Part shown: in pieces, positions 9,335 to 19,202 of the stretch | Layout of the letters: every line of letters begins with the position of its first letter | How positions within the stretch are numbered: position 1 is the stretch's first letter | From: Sedimentisphaerales bacterium | GTDB taxonomy: Bacteria > Planctomycetota > Phycisphaerae > Sedimentisphaerales > Anaerobacaceae | Reading direction: 5' to 3' | Assembly (NCBI GenBank): GCA_028277585.1 | Contig: JANQFY010000178.1 | Span: 1-44,372, forward strand | DNA length: 44,372 nt | Position numbers and translations under genes: made by a program | Notes under the pieces: model-generated | The model's input: the letters and a program-made list of their open reading frames with translations, nothing else | The model's database searches: none | Told to the model about the DNA's origin: nothing

Positions 9335-12300
9335 GTGAAGGAATCGACGAGGCATACGGCTTGCAGGAACCTCTGCAAGTTTCTGACAATACTGGCAATC
9401 ACCTCCATGGCGCCGGCTTGGGGGCCTCAGCGCGTCGCCGCTGCGACGCGCCCAACGCGAACCCTTTTGTCCGCGTCAATCCAGGAAGCCCTCGCTCAGT
9501 TCAATCGCGGCGCGGCGCTGCTGGAACAGTATCGCTACGCCGACGCGGCTGAGGAATTCGAGAAAGTGGTCGCCTCGGCGCCGCAGTGGAAGGCGGCCCG
9601 CTTCAATCTCGCCCTGGCGTACCTGAACATGCAGGAAGACGCCGGCGCCGAAGAGAACCTGCGGAAGGCTCAGGAGGCCTTTGAGTCTATCCTGAAAGGA
9701 AATCCAGACCATCTTCCCAGCCGATTCTGCCTCGGTCTGCTCCACCAGCACGCCGGCGACAACGCCCGGGCAATGGAGTGCTTCAGCACCGTTCATCAGG
9801 CCGACCCCAACGATCCCCATGTCGCCTACAAGTACGCCGAGACCCTGATCAATCTGGATAAGAAGGAGCAGGCGATCAAGGTGCTGGAAGCCATCGTCGC
9901 GACCGACCCGGGCTTCGTTTCGGCGACCTATCGCCTGGCGACCCTCTATCAGCGCAGCAAGCGGCGCGAAGAGGCCAAGGCGCTGTTCATGCGTTTCCGC
10001 GAACTCAAGAGCGTCGAACTGACCGGCGGCACGTTTACGGTTCTCAACAGCTACGGAACCGTGGGAAAGTACTACGTCGCCCTGGGCGCGGACGACCTTC
10101 CGCTGCGTCCGCCCAAGCCGATCCAGCAGCGCGTGCTGTTCTCGCCGGAGTTCGAGCGATTCAGCGAACCGCTATCGCCCTGGAACGGCAAGGGCGTCGA
10201 TGTGAAACTGCCCGGCGTCGCGGCCGGGGACATCGACAACGATGGGGACATCGATCTCTGTCTGACCGGGCTGGGCGATAACGGCGGCGCCGCGATTTGG
10301 CTCAACGATGGAGCCGGGGCGTTCTCCAAAGGCCAGTCCCTGACCTGCGGTGGGATTTGCCCCACCCTGGGCGACGTGGACAACGACGGCGATCTCGATA
10401 TCTGGCTCGGCCGCGCCGGGCGCGATCTATACTTCGCCAATGACAGCAAGGGAACGCTCAAAGAAACGGCTCTGGAAGGGCTGGTCAGCGAGGACACGGC
10501 GACTCAGAGCGCCCGCCTGCTGGACATCGACAGCGATGGGGATCTCGATCTCCAATCCCTTCACCTGGCGAAGGGTTCAATCCCCGCTGGAGAGACATCC
10601 AAAACGCAAGCGAGCAGCCTGTACAACAACAACCGCGACGGCTCCTTCGACGACATCGCCGAGAAACTTGGCCTGGCGTTCGATTCGGCGGCTGTCGCGA
10701 CGACGATCTACGACGACTTCGACAACGACCGTGACCTGGACCTGATCGTCTTTCCTCAGGACGGAGCCCCGATCGGCTGGGTCAACGATCGCGCTTGGCG
10801 CCACCACCTCCAGTACCCCGACCGACTGGGCCTGGCGGACCTGGACAACGTGCTCGGCGCCACCTCGGGCGACCCGGACGGCGATGGGGACCGCGATCTG
10901 CTGGTGTTCAGCCGTGACGCCGTCCATCTGTACATCAATATTGGAGGTTTTCGCTTCGAACGGCACAGCGATTTCACTGACCAGTGCGGCCGCGCCGGCG
11001 CCTCCGGGGGGCAGTTCGCCGATATGGACAACGACGGCGATCTCGATATCGTCATCGCCGACCGCGCCCGGCGCAACGGCACGCGCGGCCCAGCTCTGCT
11101 CATCAACGAATGGCCGCGCAATCGTTTCCGTGACGCCCGGGAGGCCGATCCGGGGAACCTGTTCGCCGCTCTGAGTTTCGATGGTTACGCCAGTTGCGTC
11201 GTCGCCGATTTCACGGGCGACGGAACGTGTGACGTCTTCCTCGCGCCGGCCGGCGAACGACCGTTCCTGGTGAGGAACGCCACCGAGGGAGGTCATTGGC
11301 TGCAGATAGACCTGCGCGGCACGCGGGGTCAGGACGGCAAATCCCGCTCAAACAACTCGGCGATCGGCGCCCGGGTGGACGTCAAGACAGGAATGATCTC
11401 CCAGCAGCATGTGGTCGGCATCCCCTCAGGGCCCGTCGCCTCCCCGCCGCTGCGCATCCACGCCGGCCTGGGACGCCAGGCGGTCGTCGATTGGCTGCGC
11501 GTCACCTGGCCCGATGCGGTCATGCAAGCGGAACTCGAACTTCCGGCCGATCAGGTGCTGGAGGTCGTAGAGATTCAACGCAAGGTCTCGTCGTGTCCCC
11601 ATCTGTTCGCCTGGAACGGCCAGTTCGTCGAGTTCATCTCCGACTTCGGCGGCATGGGCGGGCTCGGCTATCTGGCCGAACCCGGTGTCTACGCTCAGCC
11701 CGACTCCACCGAATACGTCCCCGTACCCAATCTGCAACCCAAGGATGGTCACTATGTCCTGCACGTAATCGAGCCGATCGAAGAAATCGTCTACCTGGAC
11801 GAAGCCAGACTGATGGCGGTGGACCACCCAATCGGAACGCAGGTCTATCCCAACGAGATGATGGCGGTCAACATCGCGCCGCCGGAATTCGAACTCTTCT
11901 GCGTCCGTGACGCCATCGAGCCGGTGCAGGCGGTGGACCACCGGGATGTGGATGTCACTGAAGCGATCAAGACGGTGGATCGGGTCTACGCCGGACCGGT
12001 CAAGCCGGACCCGCGCTTCGTTGGCTACGCGGAGGAACACGCCGTGGAGCTGGACTTCGGTTCGCGTTTGGGCTCGCTGTCGGCGGACGCCCGTGTGGTC
12101 CTGTTCCTTCACGGCTGGGTGCATTACGGGTATTCCTCGACGAACTTCGCCGCCAGTCAGGCGGGACTGCGTCTGGAGGCGCCCAGCATCTACGCCGAGC
12201 GGGAGGGGCAATGGGTGGAGCTGTTCCACGAAGTCGGCTACCCGGCCGGCGTGCGGCACATCATGACCCTGGAAGTTACGGGCAAGCTGCGTCGTACCGA

Positions 12301-12847
12301 TCGGCGACTCCGCATCGTCACCAACATGGAGCTGTACTGGGATCAGATCTTTCTGGCGCCGATCGTGACGCCGGCGCCGGTTGAAGTGCACTGGATCCCA
12401 CTGGCGGATGCGGACCTGCGTTTCCTCGGTTATCCACGCGAGTACTCGCCCGACGGGAAGAAGCCCAACCTCTACGACTACAGCCAGGTCGACCGGATGT
12501 TGCCCTGGAAAACCATGCGCGGCGCGTACACCCGCTATGGTGATGTCACGCCTTTGCTTCATGAGCCGGACGACTGCTACGTTATTATGGGACCGGGCGA
12601 GGAAGTGACGTTGCGCTACACCGCCGACGGTTTGCCTTCCGTGCCCTCCGGATTCCAGCGATCGTTCATTCTCAAGACCGATAGTTACTGCAAAGATATG
12701 GATCTGTACACGGTTCACCCCGAAACGGTTGAGCCGCTGCCCTACCATGACATGAGCGAATACCCCTACGGATCTGACGAAGGGTATCCTCAGGACGAGA
12801 AACATCAGGAATACCACGAGAAATTCAACACGCGCCACATCCGCTGA
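9335..12847 (+). CDS. 1170-aa fusion protein: N-terminal TPR repeats + FG-GAP/VCBS Ca-binding repeats + UnbV/ASPIC domain (CRTAC1-family architecture) + ~430-aa C-terminal domain of unknown function
   Basis: TPR region aa ~50-230. DxDxDG loops (DIDNDGDIDLCL, DVDNDGDLDIWL, DIDSDGDLDLQ, DMDNDGDLDIVI). ASPIC signature …HWLQIDLRGTRGQDGKSRSNNSAIGARVDVK…. The start codon is uncertain: GTG at 9335, or ATG near 9407. Confidence 0.85.
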   Translation: MKESTRHTACRNLCKFLTILAITSMAPAWGPQRVAAATRPTRTLLSASIQEALAQFNRGAALLEQYRYADAAEEFEKVVASAPQWKAARFNLALAYLNMQEDAGAEENLRKAQEAFESILKGNPDHLPSRFCLGLLHQHAGDNARAMECFSTVHQADPNDPHVAYKYAETLINLDKKEQAIKVLEAIVATDPGFVSATYRLATLYQRSKRREEAKALFMRFRELKSVELTGGTFTVLNSYGTVGKYYVALGADDLPLRPPKPIQQRVLFSPEFERFSEPLSPWNGKGVDVKLPGVAAGDIDNDGDIDLCLTGLGDNGGAAIWLNDGAGAFSKGQSLTCGGICPTLGDVDNDGDLDIWLGRAGRDLYFANDSKGTLKETALEGLVSEDTATQSARLLDIDSDGDLDLQSLHLAKGSIPAGETSKTQASSLYNNNRDGSFDDIAEKLGLAFDSAAVATTIYDDFDNDRDLDLIVFPQDGAPIGWVNDRAWRHHLQYPDRLGLADLDNVLGATSGDPDGDGDRDLLVFSRDAVHLYINIGGFRFERHSDFTDQCGRAGASGGQFADMDNDGDLDIVIADRARRNGTRGPALLINEWPRNRFRDAREADPGNLFAALSFDGYASCVVADFTGDGTCDVFLAPAGERPFLVRNATEGGHWLQIDLRGTRGQDGKSRSNNSAIGARVDVKTGMISQQHVVGIPSGPVASPPLRIHAGLGRQAVVDWLRVTWPDAVMQAELELPADQVLEVVEIQRKVSSCPHLFAWNGQFVEFISDFGGMGGLGYLAEPGVYAQPDSTEYVPVPNLQPKDGHYVLHVIEPIEEIVYLDEARLMAVDHPIGTQVYPNEMMAVNIAPPEFELFCVRDAIEPVQAVDHRDVDVTEAIKTVDRVYAGPVKPDPRFVGYAEEHAVELDFGSRLGSLSADARVVLFLHGWVHYGYSSTNFAASQAGLRLEAPSIYAEREGQWVELFHEVGYPAGVRHIMTLEVTGKLRRTDRRLRIVTNMELYWDQIFLAPIVTPAPVEVHWIPLADADLRFLGYPREYSPDGKKPNLYDYSQVDRMLPWKTMRGAYTRYGDVTPLLHEPDDCYVIMGPGEEVTLRYTADGLPSVPSGFQRSFILKTDSYCKDMDLYTVHPETVEPLPYHDMSEYPYGSDEGYPQDEKHQEYHEKFNTRHIR

Positions 12848-12894
12848 GCCGATCTTAAGGCTACAGCTGATAACCTTGACCGGAGCAGTGGACG

Positions 12895-14370
12895 ATGACA
12901 GGACACCGCGGGTCAAAGAAGAAGGCGACCAGGAGGAGCCGGACACCGGCCCCATCTCCTCGGCGCTCGGCGTCCACCCGAAAGAAGCGAGCGCTCGTAG
13001 CGGCGGCTCTGGGAGTCATTATTGTCGCGGGATTGCTCGTCGCGGCCAAACTCACACGAAACGCGCCTGAAGAACCACCGGCGCCGGTCCAGACAGCGCC
13101 GCCCACCCCCGAGGTCAAGACCAAGGCCCCCACGCCCCCACCGGCCTCACTTGGCCCGGAGGAGAAGACCGCCGCACTGAAGGCCGAGGAGCTTCGTCTG
13201 GCCCAACACCTGGCCACCACGTTCGCCAACAATGAACAACCGCTGGTATTGCTCGGTGACGTTCATCGCAGACGCGGGGCTATCGACCCGGCGGTAGAAG
13301 TCTGGGAGAGGGCCGTCCAGATGAATCCGAAGCGGGCCGACGTCTACGACCGAATCGCTCAGGCCGCCTTTGAAACCGATGGATTCGAAGACGCCATCGC
13401 CCAGTGGCGCAAGGGTCTTGAGGTCGTCCCGACCTTGCACGGGGCCCGCGCGAACATCGCCCGCTGCCTCATGCGTCTGGGTCGCTACGAGGAGAGCATT
13501 CCAGAACTGGAAGAAGAGGCCAAACAGTATCCCGACACGATTCGGAATTACTTCCTGCTCGGTCGCGCTCACCAGCATCTGAGGAATTACGAGGCCTCCA
13601 AGGCGAACTACGAGAAGGCGATCGAACTTCAGCCCGACCATATGAACGCCCACTACGGCCTGTACAACATCTGTGCCCGGCTGAAGCAACAGGAGGCGGC
13701 CAGACACCATCTTGCGGAATTCAAACGCCTCCAGAAACTGGATGAGCAGGCGACACGGAAGCTGGATCAGTCGACGAGCGACCTGGACACATACTCTCGA
13801 GGTTTGGCCCGGCTGTCGTTTGACGCCCACGACCTGTACCGAGCGGCGGGCGGCATAGCACAGGCCGAAGAGCTACTCAAGCAGGCCGTCAATCTCGATC
13901 CTGACAATGCGACGTACCTCGAGCGATTGATGATTCTCTTTCGGAGCCGCAATCAGTTCCGTGAGGCGCTGGCACTGTGTCGCCGTATCGCGAAGATCGA
14001 CCCGACCGACGCGACGTGCCAACTCAACATCGGCATCCTGTCGGCGCGGATGAGGCAGTTCGAAGCTGCAGAGAAGGCCTTCCGTAAGGCCATCGAGATC
14101 GCTCCCGAGCACGATGCGGGGCACCAGGAACTGGCCCGCCTCTACCTGCATATGAGGAAGAACCTCGTCCAGGCGAGAGAACTCGCCCACCAGGCCGTCG
14201 CATTAAGAGCCAATGCTCAGAACTACTACGTGCTGGGGCTGACCTGCCTGGCGAACGAGGACCGAAGCAGCGCCGTGGACCATTTGAGACAGGCAGCCAA
14301 GCTCGACCCGAAGAACGCCAAGTACGCCGAGACCTACCACAGCGTCAGGAAGGAGATGACGTCCAAGTGA
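12895..14370 (+). CDS. Membrane-anchored TPR-repeat protein (basic cytoplasmic N-terminus, single TM helix, periplasmic TPR array)
   Basis: N-terminus MTGHRGSKKKATRRSRTPAPSPRRSASTRKKRALVAAALGVIIVAGLLVAAKL. Multiple TPR-like units (…YFLLGRAHQHLRNYEASKANYEKAIELQPDHMNAHYGLY…). Paralogous to the genes at 16094 and 30338. Confidence 0.8.
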   Translation: MTGHRGSKKKATRRSRTPAPSPRRSASTRKKRALVAAALGVIIVAGLLVAAKLTRNAPEEPPAPVQTAPPTPEVKTKAPTPPPASLGPEEKTAALKAEELRLAQHLATTFANNEQPLVLLGDVHRRRGAIDPAVEVWERAVQMNPKRADVYDRIAQAAFETDGFEDAIAQWRKGLEVVPTLHGARANIARCLMRLGRYEESIPELEEEAKQYPDTIRNYFLLGRAHQHLRNYEASKANYEKAIELQPDHMNAHYGLYNICARLKQQEAARHHLAEFKRLQKLDEQATRKLDQSTSDLDTYSRGLARLSFDAHDLYRAAGGIAQAEELLKQAVNLDPDNATYLERLMILFRSRNQFREALALCRRIAKIDPTDATCQLNIGILSARMRQFEAAEKAFRKAIEIAPEHDAGHQELARLYLHMRKNLVQARELAHQAVALRANAQNYYVLGLTCLANEDRSSAVDHLRQAAKLDPKNAKYAETYHSVRKEMTSK

Positions 14371-14384
14371 TCCGCAGGCCGGGC

Positions 14385-16067
14385 ATGCACAGAATCGAAG
14401 GAAAGCGACGGTGGCGAGCGGCGTTGCTGACGCTGTTCTTCTGCGCGGCCTGCCAAGCCCAATCCCCCAGCACGATCCACTTCGCGGATGTCACGAGGAA
14501 GACGGGTATCACGTTCAGACATCACGATGGTTCGAGCGGCAAGTACTACATCGTCGAGACGGTCTGCGCGGGCCTGGCCCTTTTCGATTACGATCGAGAC
14601 GGCGACATCGACATCTACTTCCTCGACGGGGGAGCTCTGAAAGACGCGAACCTCAAGACGCCTCCCCGCAACGCCCTGTACCGCAACGACGGGAACTGGA
14701 GATTTACCGACGTGACCGATCAAAGCGGCCTGGGAGATCCGGGGCACGCCCTGGGCGTCGCGGTGGGCGATTACGACGGGGACGGCGACCCGGATGTCTA
14801 TATCACGAACTTCGGACCCAACGTTCTGTTCCGCAACAACGGAGACGGGACGTTCACCGACGTGACGAAAGCCGCCGGCGTGGCGGATGGGCACAAGGTC
14901 GGCGCCGGCGCTAACTTTCTCGACATGGACAATGACGGCGACCTGGATCTGTTCTCTTCGAGCTACGTCGATTTCACCTACGAGAACCACGTGACGAACA
15001 CCATCAGCGGCTATCTGATCTATGTCGGACCCAGGTTGTATGAGCCCACGCCCGACAGTTTGTTTCGCAACAATGGAGATGGGACCTTCACCGACGTCAG
15101 CAGCGCCTCAGGGATCGGCGGCAGTAGAGGTACCGGCATGGGCACCGTGTGCGCCGACTACGACAATGACGGCGACACGGATATCTTCGTTGCCAACGAC
15201 CAGATGCAGAACTTCCTTTGGCAAAACGACGGGACGGGGCATTTCGAAGAGATCGGCCTGCTAGCAGGCGTCGGCTACGACATGAACGGCGACGAGATGG
15301 GCAGTATGGGCGTCGGGTGCAGCGACTTCAACCATGACGGTCTGATCGATTTCTATGTGACAGCATATCAACAGCAATTCCCTTCGCTCTACAAGAACCT
15401 CGGTGACGGGATGTTCGAGGACGCGACCTTCCTGACCGGCGCTGGCGCGGGAACCGTTCACACCGTCACCTGGGGCAACGATTTCGCCGACTTCGACAAC
15501 GACGGGGATCGCGACCTCTTCGTCGCCCTGGGCCATCTGGCCGACAACGTCGAGAAGTGGGACCAGCGCAGCTCGTATTTCGCGACCAACCTGCTGTTCA
15601 TGAATACAGGCAAAGAGAAGTTCATCAATGTCTCCGAATCCTCCGGCGATGGGATGAAGGTCAAGCTCAGCAGTCGCGGCGTCGGCTTTGACGATCTTGA
15701 CAATGACGGGGACGTAGACATCGTCGTGCAGAACTCCCGGCGCGAACCGACGCTGTTGCGAAACGACTCGCCCAGGCAGGGCCATTGGCTCCAGATCCGG
15801 CTCAAGGGCGTCAAGGCGAACCGGGATGGCGTGGGGGCCCGGGTGACGGTGGTCGCGGGCGACCTGACCGCCATCGACGAGGTCCACAGCGGGCGGGGTT
15901 ATCAGAGCCACTACGGAACGAGGCTCTATTTCGGTCTGGGCGAGCGTGAGCGTGTCGACCGCCTCGAAGTTCGCTGGCCGGGGGGGCGTACCGACGTCTT
16001 CAAGGATCTCGCCGTCGATCGACTCGTGACCCTGGTCGAGGGCCAATCGCAGGCCGGCTCTCCCTGA
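14385..16067 (+). CDS. CRTAC1-family protein (secreted FG-GAP/VCBS repeat beta-propeller + C-terminal UnbV/ASPIC domain)
   Basis: Signal-like N-terminus (RRWRAALLTLFFCAACQAQS). DxDxDG repeats (DYDRDGDIDIYF, DYDGDGDPDVYI, DMDNDGDLDLF, DYDNDGDTDIFV, DFDNDGDRDLFV, DLDNDGDVDIVV). ASPIC C-terminus (HWLQIRLKG…GYQSHYGTRLYFGLG…). An alternative GTG start at 14367 overlaps the upstream stop (GTGA). Confidence 0.85.
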   Translation: MHRIEGKRRWRAALLTLFFCAACQAQSPSTIHFADVTRKTGITFRHHDGSSGKYYIVETVCAGLALFDYDRDGDIDIYFLDGGALKDANLKTPPRNALYRNDGNWRFTDVTDQSGLGDPGHALGVAVGDYDGDGDPDVYITNFGPNVLFRNNGDGTFTDVTKAAGVADGHKVGAGANFLDMDNDGDLDLFSSSYVDFTYENHVTNTISGYLIYVGPRLYEPTPDSLFRNNGDGTFTDVSSASGIGGSRGTGMGTVCADYDNDGDTDIFVANDQMQNFLWQNDGTGHFEEIGLLAGVGYDMNGDEMGSMGVGCSDFNHDGLIDFYVTAYQQQFPSLYKNLGDGMFEDATFLTGAGAGTVHTVTWGNDFADFDNDGDRDLFVALGHLADNVEKWDQRSSYFATNLLFMNTGKEKFINVSESSGDGMKVKLSSRGVGFDDLDNDGDVDIVVQNSRREPTLLRNDSPRQGHWLQIRLKGVKANRDGVGARVTVVAGDLTAIDEVHSGRGYQSHYGTRLYFGLGERERVDRLEVRWPGGRTDVFKDLAVDRLVTLVEGQSQAGSP

Positions 16068-16093
16068 CGGGCCGGCATTCTGAACGGAGCAGA

Positions 16094-17551
16094 ATGACAA
16101 AGCACAGAAAGCCACCCAAAGGAATGAAGAAGCGGGTCAGGCCTGCTCATTCGAGCCCTCCTCCCGCGACGAGGCACAGGGGGCATCGGCGGTGGGCCGT
16201 CGGGATCATTCTGGCTGTCACCGTGGTTGGAGTGAGCATCATATGGCTGACCGGGGAGGACGCCGAGCCAACCGCGCCCTCATCGCCCGCGGGTGTTCCG
16301 ACTGAACAGCGCCATGTCGTCACCGTTCTGAGTGCGTACGCCGGCCAATCGCCCGAGAATGTGCCGGCCGTCCAAGAGGAGGAATTGGCGCTGGCGGAAG
16401 CCCTGATCCAGGATTTCCCTCAGAGCGATGCGCCGCTGGCGCTGCTGGCGCGCGTCCATCAGTATCGCGGCGACATCACCAAGTCCGAAGCCCTGTGGAA
16501 ACAGGCCGCCGCTCTGAACCCGAAACGCAGCGACTTGTACGAGAGCATCGGCCAGGCCGCTCAGCGAAAGGACGACCCCAACGAGGCGATCGCCTGGTGG
16601 CGCAAGGGTCTGGAGGCGAATCCTCGGGCGCCGGGGCTTCGCTGGCAGATCGCCAAGACCCTTGTTGCCCAAGGACAACTGGATGAAGCGCTGGACCTGC
16701 TCGAAATCGAATGCACGCTTACGCCTACATCCGCGCGGAACTATTATCTGCTGGGTCAGGTCCACCAGAAGAAACGAGCTTACGAGAAGGCCAAGGCCGC
16801 TTACGAGAAGACCATCGAGCTTCAGCCGGACTACTACAATGCCCACTACGGCCTGGGGGTGATCTACACGCGTCTGAAGGACATCGAGAAGGCAAAGGAA
16901 GCCATGGCGCGTTTCCGAGAATTCAAGGCTCAGGCCGATAGCTCGGAAGACCAGCGCATCATAATCGACGAGATCCCGCACGCCCGCCATCGAGCGGCGA
17001 CGTTCTATGTGAGAGCTTACAGCCTGTTCGACCCCAAACGTGAGCCGGCGATCGGCCAGAGGCTGCTCGAAAGAGCCCTGGAATTGGACCCGAACGACGC
17101 CCACACGTGGGAGAAGATGGCGGGTCACTACTTCGTGGGGAATCAGCATCAGAAGGCCCTGGAGCTGTTCCGCAGAGTCACCGAACTGGACCCGAGCAAC
17201 CCACTGCCCCACATCAACATCGGAAAGCTGTACGCCCTGATGAACCAGCCCGGGCGGGCCGGGAGCAGCCTGCGGCAGACCGTCGCACGCTTCCCCGACT
17301 CACACCTGGCGCTGGCCGAACTGGCGCGGTTCTATCTCCGCGTTCAGACCAATCTGCCCGAAGCCCGAACCTTGATGCAGAAAGCCACCGCTCTGAATCC
17401 CACTGCCGACTACTACTTTCTCCTGACCTGGGCGTGCGACATCAACGGAGATCTTGACGGCGCCCTGGACGCCATCCAGAAAGCGATTGCGCTGGACCCG
17501 AGGAACGGAACGTATAGGAGCGCCTATGAACGCATTCAAGCCAAGCGCTAG
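16094..17551 (+). CDS. Membrane-anchored TPR-repeat protein (paralog of 12895-14370)
   Basis: Basic N-terminus followed by a TM helix (…RRWAVGIILAVTVVGVSIIWL). TPR units. Same overall layout as the other TPR partners. Confidence 0.8.
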   Translation: MTKHRKPPKGMKKRVRPAHSSPPPATRHRGHRRWAVGIILAVTVVGVSIIWLTGEDAEPTAPSSPAGVPTEQRHVVTVLSAYAGQSPENVPAVQEEELALAEALIQDFPQSDAPLALLARVHQYRGDITKSEALWKQAAALNPKRSDLYESIGQAAQRKDDPNEAIAWWRKGLEANPRAPGLRWQIAKTLVAQGQLDEALDLLEIECTLTPTSARNYYLLGQVHQKKRAYEKAKAAYEKTIELQPDYYNAHYGLGVIYTRLKDIEKAKEAMARFREFKAQADSSEDQRIIIDEIPHARHRAATFYVRAYSLFDPKREPAIGQRLLERALELDPNDAHTWEKMAGHYFVGNQHQKALELFRRVTELDPSNPLPHINIGKLYALMNQPGRAGSSLRQTVARFPDSHLALAELARFYLRVQTNLPEARTLMQKATALNPTADYYFLLTWACDINGDLDGALDAIQKAIALDPRNGTYRSAYERIQAKR

Positions 17552-19202
17552 AACGATACGATATCTGGCCGCTTTGATTCTCTGCTCGTGCCTGACCGCC
17601 GGCGCCGCGGCGCCGTTTCGTTTTGTCGACGTCACCGCTCAAACGAAGATCGCCTTCAAGCATGATATCGGATTTTCGGGGACGTATCATATCGCTGAGA
17701 CCGTCTGTGCGGGATTGGCCTCGTTCGACTACGACAATGACGGCGATATCGACATCTACTTTCTCAACAGCGCGTCCCCCAAAGGATCACCGTTGCGAAA
17801 CGCCCTCTACCGCAATGACGGCGATTGGCGCTTCACTGATGTGACGAGCGCCGCGGGTGTGGGGGATACAGGATTCGGCCTGGGCGTCGCGGTCGCTGAC
17901 TACGACAACGACGGCGATCAGGACCTCTATCTCAACAATCATGGGCCCAACGTGCTCTACCGCAACAATGGCGATGGGACTTTCACCGATGTCACGAGCG
18001 CCGCCGGGGTGGGCAATGGCGACCAGGTGGGCGCCGGCGCGAACTTCCTCGATATCGAAGGCGACGGCGACGTGGACCTCTACGTATCCAACTACGTCAA
18101 GTGCCCCGACGTAGAGTCGTTTCAGAGCACTCGCGCCGGCCACCCGGCGTACTTGGGCCCCGCGGCTGAGATCTACGAGAACACACGCGACACCCTGTAC
18201 CGCAACAATGGCGACGGGACTTTCACCGATGTCACTGGCCCATCGGGCATCGGCGTACACAAGGGAGCCGGGATGGGAACCATCTGCGGCGACATCGACA
18301 ACGACCACGACACCGACATCCTCGTCGCCAACGACATGACGGGCAACTTCCTCTTCCTCAACGATGGAAAGGGCCGGTTCGAAGAGGCGGGCCTGATCGC
18401 CGCGATTGCCTACGATCAGCACGGAGAGGAACAGGGCAGCATGGGTGTCGAACTGGGCGACTACGACAACGACGGCAAACTGGATCTCTACGTCACCGCC
18501 TACCAGGACCAATGGGGCCCTCTCTACCGCAACCTCGGCGACGGCTTCTTCGAGGACGTCACCATGGAAACAGGCGCCGGGGCCGGGACGGTCGCGAGCG
18601 TCACCTGGGGCAGCGGCCTGGTCGATTTTGACCGAGACGGGCTGCGCGATCTGTTCATCGCGTGCGGTCACCTTCAGCCCAACGTCGAATCGTACGACGA
18701 CCGCACGACGTACAATCAGTTCAACAAGCTTTATCGCAACAATGGGAAGGGCAAACTCGTCGACGTTTCGTCGCAGAGCGGGCCGGGGCTGCAGGTCAAA
18801 CGGTGTAGTCGCGGCACCGCATTCGAGGACTTCGACAATGACGGCGACGTAGATATCGCCATCCTCAATTCGGGTCAAGAACCAACAATCCTCAGGAACG
18901 ATTCACCCAACCAGGGTCATTGGCTGCAGATTCGCCTGCGCGGGACCAAGACCAACCGCGACGGCGTAGGGGCCCGCGTCAAGGTCGTCGCCGGAGATCT
19001 GACGCTGATCGACGAAGTCCACAGCGGGCGCGGCTACCAGAGCCACCACGGAACCCGGCTCTATTTCGGCTTGGGTGGACGCGAGCAGATCGATCGGGTT
19101 GAAGTGCGTTGGATTGGCGGTGGAACGGACGTATTCAAGGACGTCAAGATCGACAGCCTTGTGACACTCGTTGAAGGTCAATCGCAGCCAAGCACTCAGT
19201 GA
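17526..19202 (+). CDS. CRTAC1-family protein (FG-GAP/VCBS + UnbV/ASPIC), secreted
   Basis: Start chosen at MNAFKPSARTIRYLAALILCSCLTAGAAA (signal peptide), which overlaps the last 26 nt of the upstream TPR gene. DxDxDG repeats. ASPIC tail nearly identical to those at 14385 and 31641. Confidence 0.85.
   Translation: MNAFKPSARTIRYLAALILCSCLTAGAAAPFRFVDVTAQTKIAFKHDIGFSGTYHIAETVCAGLASFDYDNDGDIDIYFLNSASPKGSPLRNALYRNDGDWRFTDVTSAAGVGDTGFGLGVAVADYDNDGDQDLYLNNHGPNVLYRNNGDGTFTDVTSAAGVGNGDQVGAGANFLDIEGDGDVDLYVSNYVKCPDVESFQSTRAGHPAYLGPAAEIYENTRDTLYRNNGDGTFTDVTGPSGIGVHKGAGMGTICGDIDNDHDTDILVANDMTGNFLFLNDGKGRFEEAGLIAAIAYDQHGEEQGSMGVELGDYDNDGKLDLYVTAYQDQWGPLYRNLGDGFFEDVTMETGAGAGTVASVTWGSGLVDFDRDGLRDLFIACGHLQPNVESYDDRTTYNQFNKLYRNNGKGKLVDVSSQSGPGLQVKRCSRGTAFEDFDNDGDVDIAILNSGQEPTILRNDSPNQGHWLQIRLRGTKTNRDGVGARVKVVAGDLTLIDEVHSGRGYQSHHGTRLYFGLGGREQIDRVEVRWIGGGTDVFKDVKIDSLVTLVEGQSQPSTQ

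Noticed and set aside
19196-19202. 7-nt overlap of convergent stop codons (CRTAC1 gene on +, binding-protein gene on -)
   Set aside because: Convergent 3' overlaps of a few nucleotides are common in compact genomes. No functional element is implied.
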